Shown here one piece after another: positions 1 through 13,397 of a DNA stretch of 64,000 bases. Source of the DNA: Mobula hypostoma (Eukaryota); assembly GCF_963921235.1 (NCBI RefSeq), contig NC_086097.1, positions 171,060,001-171,124,000 of the forward strand, read 5' to 3'. How positions within the stretch are numbered: the stretch's first letter is position 1; every line of letters begins with the position of its first letter. Position numbers and translations under genes: made by a program. The notes beneath the pieces are model-generated. The model worked only from the letters and a program-made list of their open reading frames with translations, was not told the DNA's origin and did not search any database.

Positions 1-679
1 AAAATCTATGATTTTCTAGGAGGCTTCTTATTACTTTGACTGTGGTTTTGTTCTTTAACATTTTAGATAATTTCAGTAGAATGTCTCTGTGATTCACTAT
101 GACTATAGCACAGAGACCACTGAATTAAAGTCAGTTCAGCACACAGGAAATCTGAGCATTACAATTTCACTACTTAGGCAGTAAACAGGACCAAATGGCA
201 TCATAACTGCAGACAGGCTGTTTGAACAGCCTCAGGGTGTACAATCCAACATGCAAGTTACTCACAACTTACATGGAAAGAATGGAGTTGTGTTTTTTAT
301 GGCTCACAATATTCTTGAGATGAAGGACCATGTTATGAATGTGTAAGCATCAAAGTTGGCTGTGAGGCATTGAGAGAAATCTATCATGTTGACAGTGGTT
401 GGCTCTGGGACCAAGCACACATGGCTTGGTTGCTCCACTAAAAGATAGTCACTTCACAGGATTACTTCAGACCACAAACATTTCATGCAGCAAAAAGTTA
501 TAAACTAAACACAAATAATCAGAGAACAGAGGAAGTAGTATGTTGCCTTACTGAAGAGTGAAGGAGTTCTTCAGATATGAAGCCTCTTGACAAGCACTTG
601 AGTCTTTCAGGCACAGAAGACTATGGATCAAATGATTTAATGGGACCAGTATATGGGCTACATGGACATAATGGGCTGA

Positions 680-1145
680 AAGGCATCCATCATCAAGGAT
701 TCTTGCCATCCGGGACATGCTCTCTTCTCGCGGCTACCATTGGGAAGGAGATACAGGAGCCTTAGGTCCCACACCACCAGGTTCAGGCAAGTTATTATCC
801 TTCAACCATAGGCTCCTAAATCAGCATGGATAATTTCACTCATTGCAACACTGAACTGATTCCACAACCTATCACCTCACTTTCAAGGACTTTGCAACTT
901 ATGTTCTCAAAATTTATTTATTTATTTGTCTGTTTATTTGCTTATTTCTTTATTTATGTATTTTTTTGTATTTGCACAATTCGTCTTCCTTTGCACATGG
1001 GATGTTTATCAGTCTTTGCAGTTTTTCATTGATTCAGTTGTATTTCTTTATTCTAGTATGAATGTCTGCAACAGAATGAGTCTCTGGGTAGAAGTACATG
1101 GTGGCATAAATGTACTTTGATAATTAAATTTATTTTGAACTTTGA
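680..1145 (+). mobile_element. Rex/Babar-like LINE 3' fragment with AT-rich 3' UTR
   Basis: Start (GCATCCATCATCAAGGA...CCATCCGGGACATGCTCTCTTCTC) matches the ORF end 'ASIIKDPxHP' seen in copies at 11285 and 56830; ends in TTTGAAC TTTGAA tail repeats. Confidence 0.6.
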
Positions 1146-1469
1146 ATTTTCGAGAAGGGGTATACGGTAACAGTAGGCAAACACAAATACCGAGACCAGT
1201 GCTACAGAGAAAGCGCAATGATCGAACAAAACACAAAGACTCTACCTAATATTAATGCTGGCACAGAGTGTGCATTTGTGTAATGAGTTACAATACTGGG
1301 AAGCAATAGAATTTTAATTTCTCATTGCCAATCAACAACCAATGGAAAGAAATAAATATTCACATAACAGCAGAATGTTGCATCATGGGTTAAGTTACAG
1401 TCATAGATGCAAACCCCCTACCCTTGGGAGAGAGTACACATAGTTTCAAATCCTACCCAGAGTGGTCCT

Positions 1470-2005
1470 GAAGGGTTTGGGCAAATAGAGCGCATGTTAT
1501 ATTGCAAAGTACAACAAGGGGAAAGATTTAAAAGGGACATAAGTTGCAACTTCTCCATTCAGAATGTGGTCCGTAGCTGGAATGAACTGTCAGAGAAAGT
1601 GGTTGAGGCAGGTACATTGAGAATATTGAGACAGGAACATGGACAGGAATGACTCAGAGGGATCTGAGTGAAATGCTGGCAAATAGGACTAACAAATAAT
1701 CTGTTGGAATAACTCAGTGGATTGATCAGCATATTTGTGAGGGAAATGAATTCTCAGTGTTTCAGGTTGAGACCCTGTCAGGCCTCAAACAACCAACGTT
1801 CAAAAGAAGACAAACTGTGCAAATAGAAAAAAAACTTACCTCCCACAGATGCAGCCAGACTCCTTGATTTCCTCCAGCAGTTTGTCTGTGTCCTATATTC
1901 TAGTATCTGTAGTCTATCAGGCAAGGCTAGCTTAAGTTGGAATCTTGGTCAGCATGGACCTGTTGGGCAGTAGAGCCTGCTTCGGTGCTGAATGACTATG
2001 GCTCT
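1470..2005 (+). mobile_element. CR1 LINE 3' fragment interrupted by a PLE terminal-repeat fold-back (about 1690-1915)
   Basis: Translation GERFKRDI...VVRSWNELSEKVVEAG matches the C-terminus of the CR1 ORF at 35745-36656. Confidence 0.6.
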
Positions 2006-2189
2006 CTGTGAAATTACCAATACTTGCAGCTAACTACACTGCAGAAAGAGCACTCACATAGAGATTCTTAGTAGGTGATGGATGCACACTTCTGCAGATG
2101 ATCATTTTTTTTTATCAGATCTTTAGAACTTGCTCAGCAATAATGCAGGACATGCCCATGAAAATGGCCAATTGGCAATCTCACTGGCT

Positions 2190-3325
2190 CTCACAGCTAC
2201 CTTGACTTCCCGCCCCTATCACTTGTAAAAATGTCATTGCCTTTTCTCAGTTCCTCTGTCTCTGCCACATCTGTTCCCAGGATGACCCTTTCTTTTCCAG
2301 AACATCAGAGATGTCCTCCTTCTTCAAAGAACAGGGTTTCTCTTCCTCTGTCATTGATGATGCCCTCACCTGCATCTCCTCCATTCTCTGGATATCCACG
2401 CTCACCCCATCTTCACGCCACCTTAACAGGAATAGAGTTCTTCTTGTCCTTACCTACCACGAGCCTGCACATCCAACGCATTAGTCTCTGCAACTTCCAT
2501 CATGTTCAACAGGATTATACCACCAAACACATTTGTACTCCCCCACTGTTTCCTTTCTGCAGGGATTGCTCCCTCTGATTCCCTTGTCCAGTCATCCCTC
2601 CCCCACTGATCACACTCCTGGCATTTATCTCTGTAAGCATAAGCAGTGCTACACCTGTCCATTCACCTCTTCCCTCACCTCTATTCAGGGTCCCAAACAG
2701 TCCTTCACCTATGCATTTGTCGGGGTCATCTATCGTATCCGATGCTTTTGGTGTGACCTCCTCCACCTCGGTGAGACCCACCGTAGATTGGGGTGCTGCT
2801 TTGTCGAGCATCTTCACTCCATCTTCAGCAAGCAGGATTTCCCAGTGGCCATTCATTTAGATGTCCTCTACTGCCACAATGAGGCCTCTCTCTGCATAGA
2901 GGAGCAACATCTCATTTTCCATCTGGGTAGCCTTCAACGTGACACCAGGAACATCAATTCCTCTAACTTCGGGCAATTTCCTTCCCTTTCTCTCTTTTTT
3001 CATTTCCCACTGTGGTTCCCCTCTTACCTCTTCCCCACTCCTCACCTGCCTATCCCTCCTCCTTCCCTTTTTTCCATGGCGCTCCCTCCACGCTTATCAA
3101 ATTCCTTTTTCTCCAGCCCTTTACCTTTCCCACCTACCAGCTTCTCACTTCATCCCCCAACACCCCACTCACCTGGCTGCCCCTTTTCCCTTCTGGCTTT
3201 TACTCTTTCTCCTCTCCCCACTTTCTTATTCTGGGTTCTTCCCCATTCCTTTCCAGTCCTAATGAAGGGTCTCGTCAACTGTTTATTCTCTTCCATAGCT
3301 TCTCCAGTATTTTGTGTAGGTTGCT
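2190..3325 (+). pseudogene. Degenerate Penelope-like element (RT thumb + GIY-YIG remnant + pyrimidine-rich tail)
   Basis: ORF 2533-3327 reads CYTCPFTSSLTSIQGPKQSF...GVIYRIRCFWCDLLHLGETHRRLG, homologous to the open copy at 39779-41062; frameshifted. Confidence 0.85.
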
Positions 3326-3760
3326 AGGTTAGCTGGCCACTCTGAATTGCCCCTGGCATGTAGGTGAGTAGTGAAATTTCTGAGTGGGGGCAGGAAGCTA
3401 TTGATGGGAGCAGGAGGAAAATTAAATGGGTTAGTGTGAAGATTGGCCTGTTTCTGTGCTGTATCTCTCTGCAAAGGCACAGGTACAAAATAAGAGGGAA
3501 GACAGTTAAAAGAGACCTGAGAGGTGACTACTTTACACAGAGGACAGTGGGTACCTGGAATGAGCTGCCAGGGGAAGTGTCAGAAGCGGGTATGATTGCA
3601 GTGTTTAAGAGGCATTTGGATAGACATATGGAGGGGAAGGACTCAGAGGGATATGAGCCGAATGCAGGCAACTGGGTCTAACAAGAAGGACGCTGTAGTC
3701 AGTATGGATCCTTTGGGCCGAAGACCCCTTTTCCAGACTGCATTACTTTGACTCAATGAG
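3325..3760 (+). mobile_element. SINE tail followed by a CR1 LINE 3' fragment
   Basis: RGDYFTQRTVGTWNELPGEVSEAG...FKRHLDRHM is the CR1 ORF2 end. Confidence 0.65.
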
Positions 3761-4409
3761 CATTCATTCTCTTCTCTGTGATCACTGGATAGTTTGGAAC
3801 CAAAGCCTGTACAGGGACTTTATAGATAATTCAGAAGTATAGAGGAGAGACAAACTAACCAGGGTTGCATAAGCCGGAGAAACATATTGTGACTACAGCT
3901 AGATTAAGAGGCAGTTGTGTACCCACCAGACTAAGTGGCTTTATTTACAGTGTAACTTTTTCTCAAATGAAGCATTCAGCACAGCGCATGAATTGCAAAA
4001 CATCTTTCACATCAGCCTATGCGATGACTGGTCCTATTGTAAGGCTTAATAATTCACTGCATTTCAGTCTCAGAAGCTCCTCCAGTCAGCAGCACTGTCA
4101 GCGTTATGTTAATGAATTTCAGTTTGCCGGGGAATGTGAAGGCAATGTCAATAGCTTCTACTTCAACAGCCTCAGTGCACCTGAACCCAGTCAATGCAAC
4201 ATCAGTCTTCTGTGGAGTGAACAAGTGGTAAGCACCTGGCCCAGATGGTGTCCCTGGCCATATCTTTAGATCCTTTGTGGATCAGCTGGTGGGGTTATTT
4301 GCAAACATCATTAACAGCTCCCGATTTCAATATGAGGTTCCTACTTGCTTTAAGAAGGCCACTTTCATCTAGTACGTCAGAAAACAAGGTAAATTGCTTA
4401 AGTGAATAC

Positions 4410-4429
4410 AGGAGAGATGCAGGATATCT

Positions 4430-4490
<61 letters not shown>

Positions 4491-5335
4491 ACCCACAAAA
4501 AAGGCTGGAGGAATTCAGCAGGTCAGGCAGCATTTACTGAGGGAGGGAGGGAAACACAAAATGCTGGAGGAACTCAGAAGATCAGGCAGCACCTATGGAG
4601 AGGAATAAACAGTTGATGTTTCAGGCCGAGATCCTCCATCAGCTCTCAGCCCAAACCACTGACTGTTTATTCATTTACATAGATGCTGCCTGACCTGCTG
4701 AGTTCTTGCTGCATTTTGAGTGCCTTGCCCTGGATTTCCAGCATCTGCAGAATCACGTGTGTTTATAATTTACAGAGGCAAAAAGATAATCAATGTTTCA
4801 GGCTGAGACCCTTCATCAGGACTGGAAATTTTTGGAAACCACTTCCCTCTGCTTTTATCACCCCATTCCCCTGTTTCATCTTGTGCTTGTAGCCTCTTAA
4901 TCCCTTCCCCCTTCCCCCCTCCCCCCTCCCCCCCACACCCTACCCCCACGCCCCACCCCCACGCTCTCGACAGCACGTCTTCTTCACATCCCTCCCTCTG
5001 ATTCCCTGCATCTTTCCCTTTTTTCCACTGTCTATTGTTCTCTCCTGTCAGATTCCTTCATCTTCAGCTGTTGCCTATTCCATCTCTCACCACTGTTTTT
5101 CCCCCTCACCTGGACTCTCCCATCATTCACCACCTCCTGCTCCTCCCTCTCCTTCTATCATTTCCTTCTGGCTTCTGCCCTCTTTCTTTCCCTGCCTGAT
5201 GAAGGATCTCAGCCTGAAACATCGACTGCTTCTGCCTGACTTACTGAGTTCCTCCAGCCCTTTGTATGTATGTATTTCTCTCCATGTATGCTGCATAGCT
5301 TGCTAAGTTCCTCCAGCATTTTGTGTGTGTTGTGC
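4410..5335. mobile_element. Cluster of PLE terminal-repeat fragments in both orientations (fold-backs), with hammerhead-like motifs
   Basis: Repeated ATGCTGGAGGAACTCAGCAGGTCAGGCAGCATC and its complement; CTGATGAAGGATCTCAGCCTGAAACATCGACTG at about 5197-5229; complementary copy at about 4793-4825. Confidence 0.75.
4433..4488. repeat. (AC)n microsatellite
   Basis: About 28 AC units, directly visible. Confidence 0.98.
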
Positions 5336-5339
5336 GTTA

Positions 5340-6395
5340 ATGGCACCGTCCAGTGGCTCTGCCATCTACCATCAGGAAGTGCTTCAAGAGGCCAGTTATA
5401 GCACACATCAACTCCAGTCTCTCTGACAACCTTGACCCACTACAATTCACCAACTGCTGAAACAGGTCTATGGGAAACACCATCTCCCTGGACCTGAACT
5501 CATCCCTGGAGCAATTGGACAGTAAAGACACCCATGATTGATTATTACTTATTGACTATAGCTCCACCTCCAATTCCAAGCAAATTCTGATACCTGGGCT
5601 CGTCACCTCTCTCTGCCACTGGATCCTTGACTTTCTAACCAGCAGAGTGCCATCAGTGAGGATTGACAGGAACACCCTCACCACAATTATTCTCAACGCA
5701 GGTTGTGTACTAAGCTCCCTAATGTACTCCCTGTGCTCTCATGACTTTACAGCCAGATTCTAATCTAATTCCATCTACAATTTGCAGTTGACACCACCAT
5801 AGTGGGCCAAATCTCAAGTAATAAGAGTAAAAGAAAGAGGCGAGCTTAGTGACATATTGTCAATGCAACAACCTTTCCCCCAATGTCAACAAATTAAAAG
5901 AGTTGGTCTTTACCTTCAGAAAGGGGGCAAGTGCACGTTCTCCTGTTGGTAGCAATGGTATTGAATTTAAGAGGGTTGAGAGCTTCAGATACCTTGGACA
6001 GAACATCATTAATAGCCTGTCCTGGTCCAACCACATAGATGTCATGGCCAAGAAAGCTCACCATTGCCACTACTGCCTCAGGAGACTAAAGGAATTTGAC
6101 ATGACTCTTTTAACATTCACCAATTTTTATTGATGCACCATAGAAAAGATGCTATCCAGAAGCAGCTTGGCTTGGTATGGCAACTGCTCTACTTGTGACC
6201 TCAGGAAACTATAGAGTTGTGGACACAGCTCAGCGCATCTCTAAAACCAGCCTCCCTTCCATGGATTCTGTCTACACTTCTCACTAGCTCAGCAAGGTAG
6301 CCTGCATAATCAATGACTTGATCTACCTCAACCATCTCTCTTCTCTGCTCTCCCATCTGAGGAGCATCAGATACAAAAGCCTGAAAGCACATTCA
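5340..6395 (+). pseudogene. Rex/Babar-like LINE reverse transcriptase, degenerate
   Basis: NNLSPNVNKLKELVFTFRK...VESFRYLG...LSWSNHIDVMAKKAHHCHYCLRRLK; stops and frameshifts. Confidence 0.8.
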
Positions 6396-6650
6396 AAGAC
6401 TGAAAGATTCAAAGTACATTTATTATCAAAGTATGTATAAAGAATACAACACTGAGATTTATCTTCCCACAGGCAGCTATGAAACAAAGAAACACCATGG
6501 AACCCGATCAAAGAAAATATCAAACACCAAACAGGTAAAAAAAAACAAATTGCACCAACGGCAAAAAGTGAATAGCAAACTTCCGGAGTCCAGGGGTACT
6601 CAGTTGAGTTCAGCTCAGCTCAGCGCCACTCCAATAGCTTACTGCAGGCC
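6395..6650 (-). mobile_element. Rex/Babar-related 3' tail fragment
   Basis: AAGATTCAAAGTACATTTATT start resembles the minus-strand tails at 17152 and 18945. Confidence 0.5.
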
Positions 6651-7349
6651 ACAGAGGCAATCTTTGCCAAAACACATTTTTCCTGTGCCTGTGTAGCTTT
6701 CTGAGTGTTCTGGTTGCTTCTCATGTCTCAATGATGTACAGGCTTGTAGGTCAACTGCAACTCTCCTGTAGCTGGTAATTGATGGGCTTATATTAGGGAA
6801 CAACTGAAACAAAGAGACTGAAGGGAATGGTTTGCATGTAAGCATAAACTTAATGGGCTGAATGGCCTCCTCAATGCCATAAGAAAATATAAGGTTGAAT
6901 TTAAGGGAGTGCTTTGTCTGAAGGTCAGGAGGCTGAAGCTACTCTTCTTTTTGATTTACTTTATTTTAATGTCCTTAATTGTTCCTTACTTGGAGGCAGT
7001 TAAAATTCATGAACATCGATCAGTCCAGTTTGATCCTGTTCCTCTTAAGATTTGCTGAAATCTTTTAATTTATTTAAAGTATTTAAATATCAGATATCAA
7101 AATATCTTTTAAATGTTGTTTTAGTCTGAGAGGATTTGTTTGGAATATGAAGAGAATAAAGGTGGATTACTGTACGCTTAGTTCAAGTGGTTGGCAAAGA
7201 CGATGTGGTTGTTTCCAGGTTGTGTGTTTCCCTTTCATTCACTGTATGTGAGGTCTGCTGAGAGTTTCATCTGCACGAGTGGTACCACCTGTCCACAGAC
7301 CCTGCAGTGATGGAAAAGCATGGAGTGGCAAAGCCGTTTAATCATAGGA

Positions 7350-7510
7350 TTGCCCCTCAGAACTCTGGGCCAAAAATGCAGAAACATGAGTTCAAATACC
7401 ACCTTAGCAAATGCAGAATTGAAATTTAAGTAATTAAATAAATGATTATTTTAGCAAGAGATAGCTCCAGTAATGGTAACTATGATGCATTACAGGAAAA
7501 ATCTGGAGGC
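7350..7510 (+). mobile_element. Old tRNA-derived SINE fragment (same family as 57800-58030)
   Basis: B-box-like GAGTTCAAATACCACC followed by GAATTGAAATTTAAGTAATTAAATAAAT. Confidence 0.4.
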
Positions 7511-8219
7511 TTTTAAAAGGTTTACCAGGAATGTAGGCACAAGGGACTACAGATGCTGGAATCTGGAGCAACACAAAAGGAACTGCAGGAATTCAGCGAG
7601 TCAGACAGCATCTGTGGAGGGAAGTGGATAGTTATTGTTTTGTGCTGGGACCCTGATCCAAAATGGCGAATGTCCATTCCCCATAGATGCTGAGTTCCTC
7701 CACCACCTTTTGTGTTGCTTTAGCTTTGCCAGGATGCTGCCTGGATTAGAGGTTATTAATTATATGGAGAATTTGGTCTGGAGCATCAGAAGTTGAGGGG
7801 ATACCTGACAGAGGTTTATAAAATTATTAGAGGTGAGAGAGCAGTCAGGGTCAGGCATCCATAGGTGCCAGCATTGCTGGTGTCCACATCCTGTAAACTA
7901 GTAGGTAATGAACATCTCTGGAACTAGCATTCAGCTGTGTACTAACAATCTTAGATGTCATTCTGCACATCTGGGCTCCTCTGTGAACATAAAAAAATAT
8001 GCTGCCGATGCTGGAAATATTAAAAAAAATCAAAAGCTGCTGAAGATATTCAGCAGATCAGACCATATGTATGGGAAGAGAAAACCTCCTGTTCCACACA
8101 CCCTACAGCTCAATACGCTTCTTTTATTTCCTTCCTGGCTTTGACAAAGGGGTTCTGACTTCAAACGTTGATCTTGTTTCTTTTCCCACCGATGCGGTCT
8201 GAACTGCTGGGTGTTTTCA

Positions 8220-9040
8220 TAAGATCAGAAGACTGAAGGAGCATAATTAGGTCATTCAGTCCACTGTGTGCTCTGCCATTCAATCATGACTGATTTATTT
8301 TCCTTTCAATTCCATTCTCCTGCCTTGTCTCTGTAACTTTTGACATCCTTACTAATCAAGAACCTATCAACATCTGTTTTAGATATAAACAATGACAACC
8401 TTCAGCACTACCTGTGGCAATATATTCCACTGATTCACCAACCTCTAGCTAAAGGAATTCCTAAAGGAACATCCTTCCTTTGAGACTTCCATGAGACTGT
8501 ACCCTCTGGTCCTAGACTCTCCCACAATTGGAAACATCCTTTTTACGTCCACTCTATCTAGATATTTCAATATCAATCAGGTTTCAATGAGATCCCTCAA
8601 ATGCTTCTCATACATTAATCCTTTCATTCCCAGGATCATTCTTGTAAACTTGAAGACTCTCTTCAATGCCAGTACATTGGGGGCCCAAAACTTCTTACAA
8701 TACTCCAAGCATTCCCAGCATTAAATCCTTGCTATTATATCCTACTCCTCTCCAAATGTATGCTAACATTACTTTTGCCTTTTTTGAAATAAGTGACTCA
8801 GTCTGCAACTTTACCTTTAGAGAATTTTGCACTAGGAATCCTAAGTCCCTTTACACTTTCAATTTCTGAATTTGCTCCCTGTGAGGAGAATAGTCTATGT
8901 CTTTATTCCTTCGACCAAAGTACATGACCATAGACTACATTACACTGAATTCCATCTGCCATTTCTTTGCCCATTCTCCTAATCATTTTGAGTCATTCTG
9001 TAGGCTCACTGCTTCCTCCACCTATCTTTCTCCTCCACCT
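8220..9040 (-). mobile_element. CR1 LINE 3' portion, degenerate
   Basis: Reverse complement aligns by eye with the CR1 3' region at 62100-62935. Confidence 0.75.
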
Positions 9041-10004
9041 ACGTTTCAGGAATTTTCTGCCTTTGTTTCAGTCTCTTCTGTGTATTAACACAGCCATGGA
9101 ACAAATAATGGACTTTGAGAAGATTGCTGGAAATTCATGCCTTCCATTAATTGTTACCAAATGTTTTGAGTATGGAGGGACATAGGATAGTATAGAAAAG
9201 GGGTGATAAAGTAAAAGATCAGCCTGATCTTACTGAATAGTCTGGTAAGCAATGGCTTGCATATGCTTTTACCTCTCATACTTTCTTGTTTATCATGGAT
9301 TTATTCCAAAAATTGAGTCATAAATTGCACAAAAGTGTGTCCCCATGTGATATATGTCAGTCAGAATATTAACACTCCTAGAAGATTTTTCATATATTAT
9401 TTTTAAGGTTAGGAATAGTTTAACATTTTTTAAATTAAGTGTCTGCATTAACATTAAAAGAATGGGAAGGTGTTCCTCAAATGGCCAGGTCCTTGCTTAT
9501 ATTGGAGAAGCCATTAACTGGGGCCCAGATGCTTGTCCACCTGTTGAGTTTATTTTCTAATGGAGAAAAATTGCCTTGGACACATCATTTTCAAATATGG
9601 TAAATCTCAGTAAGTCTGCAAGTAAGGACTATATTAAATGATGAATGACCCAATGTAGATTATTTGTCAATCTGTCAGGCAGAACCAGAGCGGTAAATCT
9701 TTTAAATCTCTGGATAAACTTCAGCTGGAGGCTATGTGCTATTGACTGTTTATAATGGATGTCAGGGGAGTAGAGAGAAGGGGTGGTAGATCAGAAGGGT
9801 GCCAGGGATGAAGGACTTCAGTTCTGTAGAGAAACTGAAGAAAGCTCACCTTGGACAGAGATTGAGAGGGGTGTTAGGGTTTTGCATACAGTTCTAGCTG
9901 CAACATTACTATTTACTGAGCGTCATGCAAACAAGGAATTTCATCACACACAGGTATATATGCAATAAATTAATTCAATATAAATTTCACTTTAGGAATG
10001 ATTG

Positions 10005-10400
10005 AGTGAACTCGGCCTTTTTTTCTTTGGAGCGATGGAGGATGAGAGTTGACCTGATAGAGGTGAAGATGATGAGAGGCATTGATCATGTGGATAGTCA
10101 GAAGCTTTATCACAGGACTGAAATGGCTCGCATGAGAGGGCACAGTTTTAAGGTGCTTGGAAGTAGGTACAGAGCAGATGTCGGGTAAGTTTTTAAAAAG
10201 AAATATGCAGAGAGTGGTGAGTGTGTGGAATGGGCCGCCGGCAACAATGGTGGAGGCGGAAACAATAGGGTATTTTAAGAGACTCCTGGGCAGGTATATG
10301 GAGCTCAAAAAAATAGAGGACTATGGGTAACCCTAGATAATTTCTAAGGTAAGGACATGTTCGGCACAGCTTTGTGGGCCGGACGGCCTGTATTGTGCGT
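10005..10400 (+). mobile_element. CR1 LINE 3' end, relatively young
   Basis: FSLERWRMRVDLIEVKMMRGID...RGHSFKV; tail TTTTCTATGTTCTAT. Confidence 0.8.
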
Positions 10401-10689
10401 AGGTTTTCTATGTTCTATTGTGTAGAAGAGGTGATTCCAGGGATGAGGTATTTTAGTTATGCAGATGTCATAAAAACTAGGTTTGTTCTTGGAATGACAT
10501 TGTCGCAAGGAGATCTGGTCATGAGGTCTACTCCACTTGTGGAGTGGGTCAAGGAAAAGGTGATAATGGATGTGATTAGCAACAGTGTCACTCCAGTTTT
10601 CTATTAGAAACTAGAGATTGGGATGTTCTCAAAGACACTTTGAGAAAGTTGTGTGCAAGAAATTGCAGAGAGTTGAGGACAAAATCCAA

Positions 10690-11700
10690 CACATCTGCTG
10701 TATATTCTGTTCACATCTGACTGCATGGCCAAACAACCAAGTAGTCTCATTATCAAGTTCACTGATGACATGACAGTGGTGGGGATCATCACCAACAAAA
10801 ATGAGACGGCCTACAGGGAGGAGGTGGAAGAACCTAAGGCCTGCTGCCAGGCAAATAACCTCTTTTTCAATGTCAACAAGAGTAGAGAGATGGTTATCGA
10901 TTTCAAGTGAACTTGCACCACTCACACCTCTCCTTGAGTTGGAGCTTAGCAGTAGAAACTGCGAACAGGTTCAAACTTCTGGGAGTTCCCATCTCACACA
11001 TACTCTCATGGTCCCAGAACACATTCTACACAATGAAAAAAGCTCACCAATGCCTCTATTTTTTGAGGAGGCTGAAGAGAGCTGGACTATGCACATCAAA
11101 ACTCATGTCCTTCTACAAATATGTAGTAGAGAGCATCCTATCATGCTGCATCACTTCTTGACTTGGAAACTGCACTGTGGCAAAAAGCAAGGATCTACAG
11201 TGGGTGGTAAAAACTGCCCAACATATCACCAACATCAGCCTACCCACCATCAAGGAGATATATGTAGAAAGGTGCTGGAATAAGGCCAGCAATATCATGA
11301 AGGATCCCACACACCCACCTTGCTCATGGACTGTTTGTCCCACTCCCATCAGGGAGGAGGCTATATAACATCCACACCAGAACCACTAGACTCAAAAACA
11401 GTTACTTTTCCCAAGCAGTAAGGCTGATCAACACCTCCACCCACTAACCCACCCCACTCCACCCCTCCCACCATCACCACTTTATCATTTCCTATCAGAG
11501 TCTCCTCATGTATGGGCACTCCTTTGCCTAGCAACGTTTTAGGGATGTATTATATACATATATCTTATGTATTTTTAATCATTGTATATATTTTGCTGTT
11601 TTCTTTATCTTATTGTGTTGTTTTTTGTGCTGCATTGGACCTGGAGTAACAATTATTTTGTTCTCCTTTACACCTGTGTACTGGAAATGACTTTAAACAT
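10690..11700 (+). pseudogene. Rex/Babar-like LINE RT 3' part and UTR
   Basis: IIKFTDDMTVVG (YADD-equivalent motif), NNLFFNVNKSREMVIDF, KKAHQCLYFLRRLKRAG. Confidence 0.85.
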
Positions 11701-11848
11701 TTGTGATCTTGATCACAGAAACAAGCCTCCCTGCCATGGGTTCAATCTATACTTCTCACTGCCTCAGTAATGCTGGCAATATACTCAAAGACCCCACTCA
11801 CCCCAGACATTCTCTCTTCTTACTTTCCCATCAGAAAGATAGTACAAA

Positions 11849-12173
11849 TGTCAGGCCTGGCCAGGTGTCCACCTTCCAGTCTCCACCCAGCTAACAAGAG
11901 TCATCTGCCACTTGTCTCCAACCCATTATCTCCAGCCGATTCAAACCCAGCTGTCATCCGCAGCCCTAGTTCACTTATTTGAACCAGCTAGCCTCAACCA
12001 GTTGTTCCCAGCCTTCAGTTACCTTGTTACCTACGGGTTTTGTATCTGTTCCATCTTGTTTTGTGGCCCCTCATGGCTTGTTATTTTGCAGTTGATAATT
12101 AAAGTTATGCCTCACCACTAAATCGTCTCTGCTGCTCTGCTTTTGAGTCAAGCCTCCCGTACATTTCCTGACA
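11849..12173 (+). repeat. 5' LTR (325 bp)
   Basis: TGTCAGG...TTTCCTGACA; homologous to 15785-16099. Confidence 0.9.
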
Positions 12174-13397
12174 GGATAAGTGAACCATTGATTTACCCAC
12201 GAGCACATGATCCAGGAGCAGTAGGAAACCATTGACCATCTGCTCACCACTCTCATCCAACTCTCTCGTTCAGTACAATAAAACTGCGACCGTCAACCTC
12301 TGAACCGTGGATTCCGGTACCTTCACACCGGATGCTGCAACTTCCTGTCCCAGTGTGTCTTACACTTTGACCTCCAGCCACCTCTGTGTTCTATAGACTG
12401 AACCAAGTTTGCCTTCGTTATCTGTCTTTTGACTGGTGAAGCTCTGACCTGAGCCGCTGCTAAATTGGACGATAAAACTACTATTTGCAATAAATATAAG
12501 ATAATTCTCAGCTGGCCTATTACTATCACAGTCTCTCAGAGCACTTGAAAGACCAGATGTCTACACAGGAGATGCCCACTAAGCTGGAAAGCCTCATCAC
12601 TCTGATCCTCTGAATTACCCTCCAGATAATCAGCCAGAGCCACAATTCTGCTCCTAGAAGGATTTCAGGCTGCAGGCCCCTTATCATCAACATCTTCAGA
12701 ACCCATGCAGTTAGGAAAAACTTCCTTAACCCTCCAAGAGTATCAGCTGAGAAAAAAAAAATTGTGTGTTTACTGCAAAGCCACAGTTCACCCGTGCATC
12801 AAATGGCCATTGTGTCCCGGAAGCAGCACAACCAGATAAAAATGAGGGGCGTTCTATCTGTTAAACTCCCTCTGTTCCTCTTTTCAGCACGATAGTCTAA
12901 GTCGCTCTCACTATCCTCCAAACCCTGAGGCTTTACACACACAGGAGGATCTGGTAGATTCCGGCACAGCAGGGAACTCATTGGGCTGGACTCCGTTTGT
13001 GCAGCTTGTACTCCCTCCTAAGCCTATTTCTCACCTCTTTGCATCATGGCCATTGACAAAGATCCGCTGGGGTCTGGGATAGTCAGAGCATACACGTGAG
13101 CATTGGAGGGCAACTTCTGTCCACCCAGTTCCTCCTGATTGACTAACCCAATACTCATCTTGGGTTATCCTTAGCTCTCCTCTCAAAACCCTCACTTTAC
13201 CTGGTTATCCGGCTCACTGCTGAGTGAACCCCCACCTGCCTACAATCTCAGTTAGCCTCCCCCCTTGAAACCCCCTTCAGTAAAAGGGAGGTCGCACCTT
13301 GCTTCCTCAAAGACCACACGACTGCGTGATTGACTTCTTCCAGGGCACCACCTTTCCCTGAGGTTCTCCCTCTCCCCCTCCCCCCGAGCCCCAAATC

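Noticed and set aside
2939..3332. Hydrophobic, membrane-like ORFs
   Set aside because: Chance reading of the pyrimidine-rich PLE 3' region
4402..4608. His-Thr repeat ORF
   Set aside because: Translation of the (AC)n microsatellite
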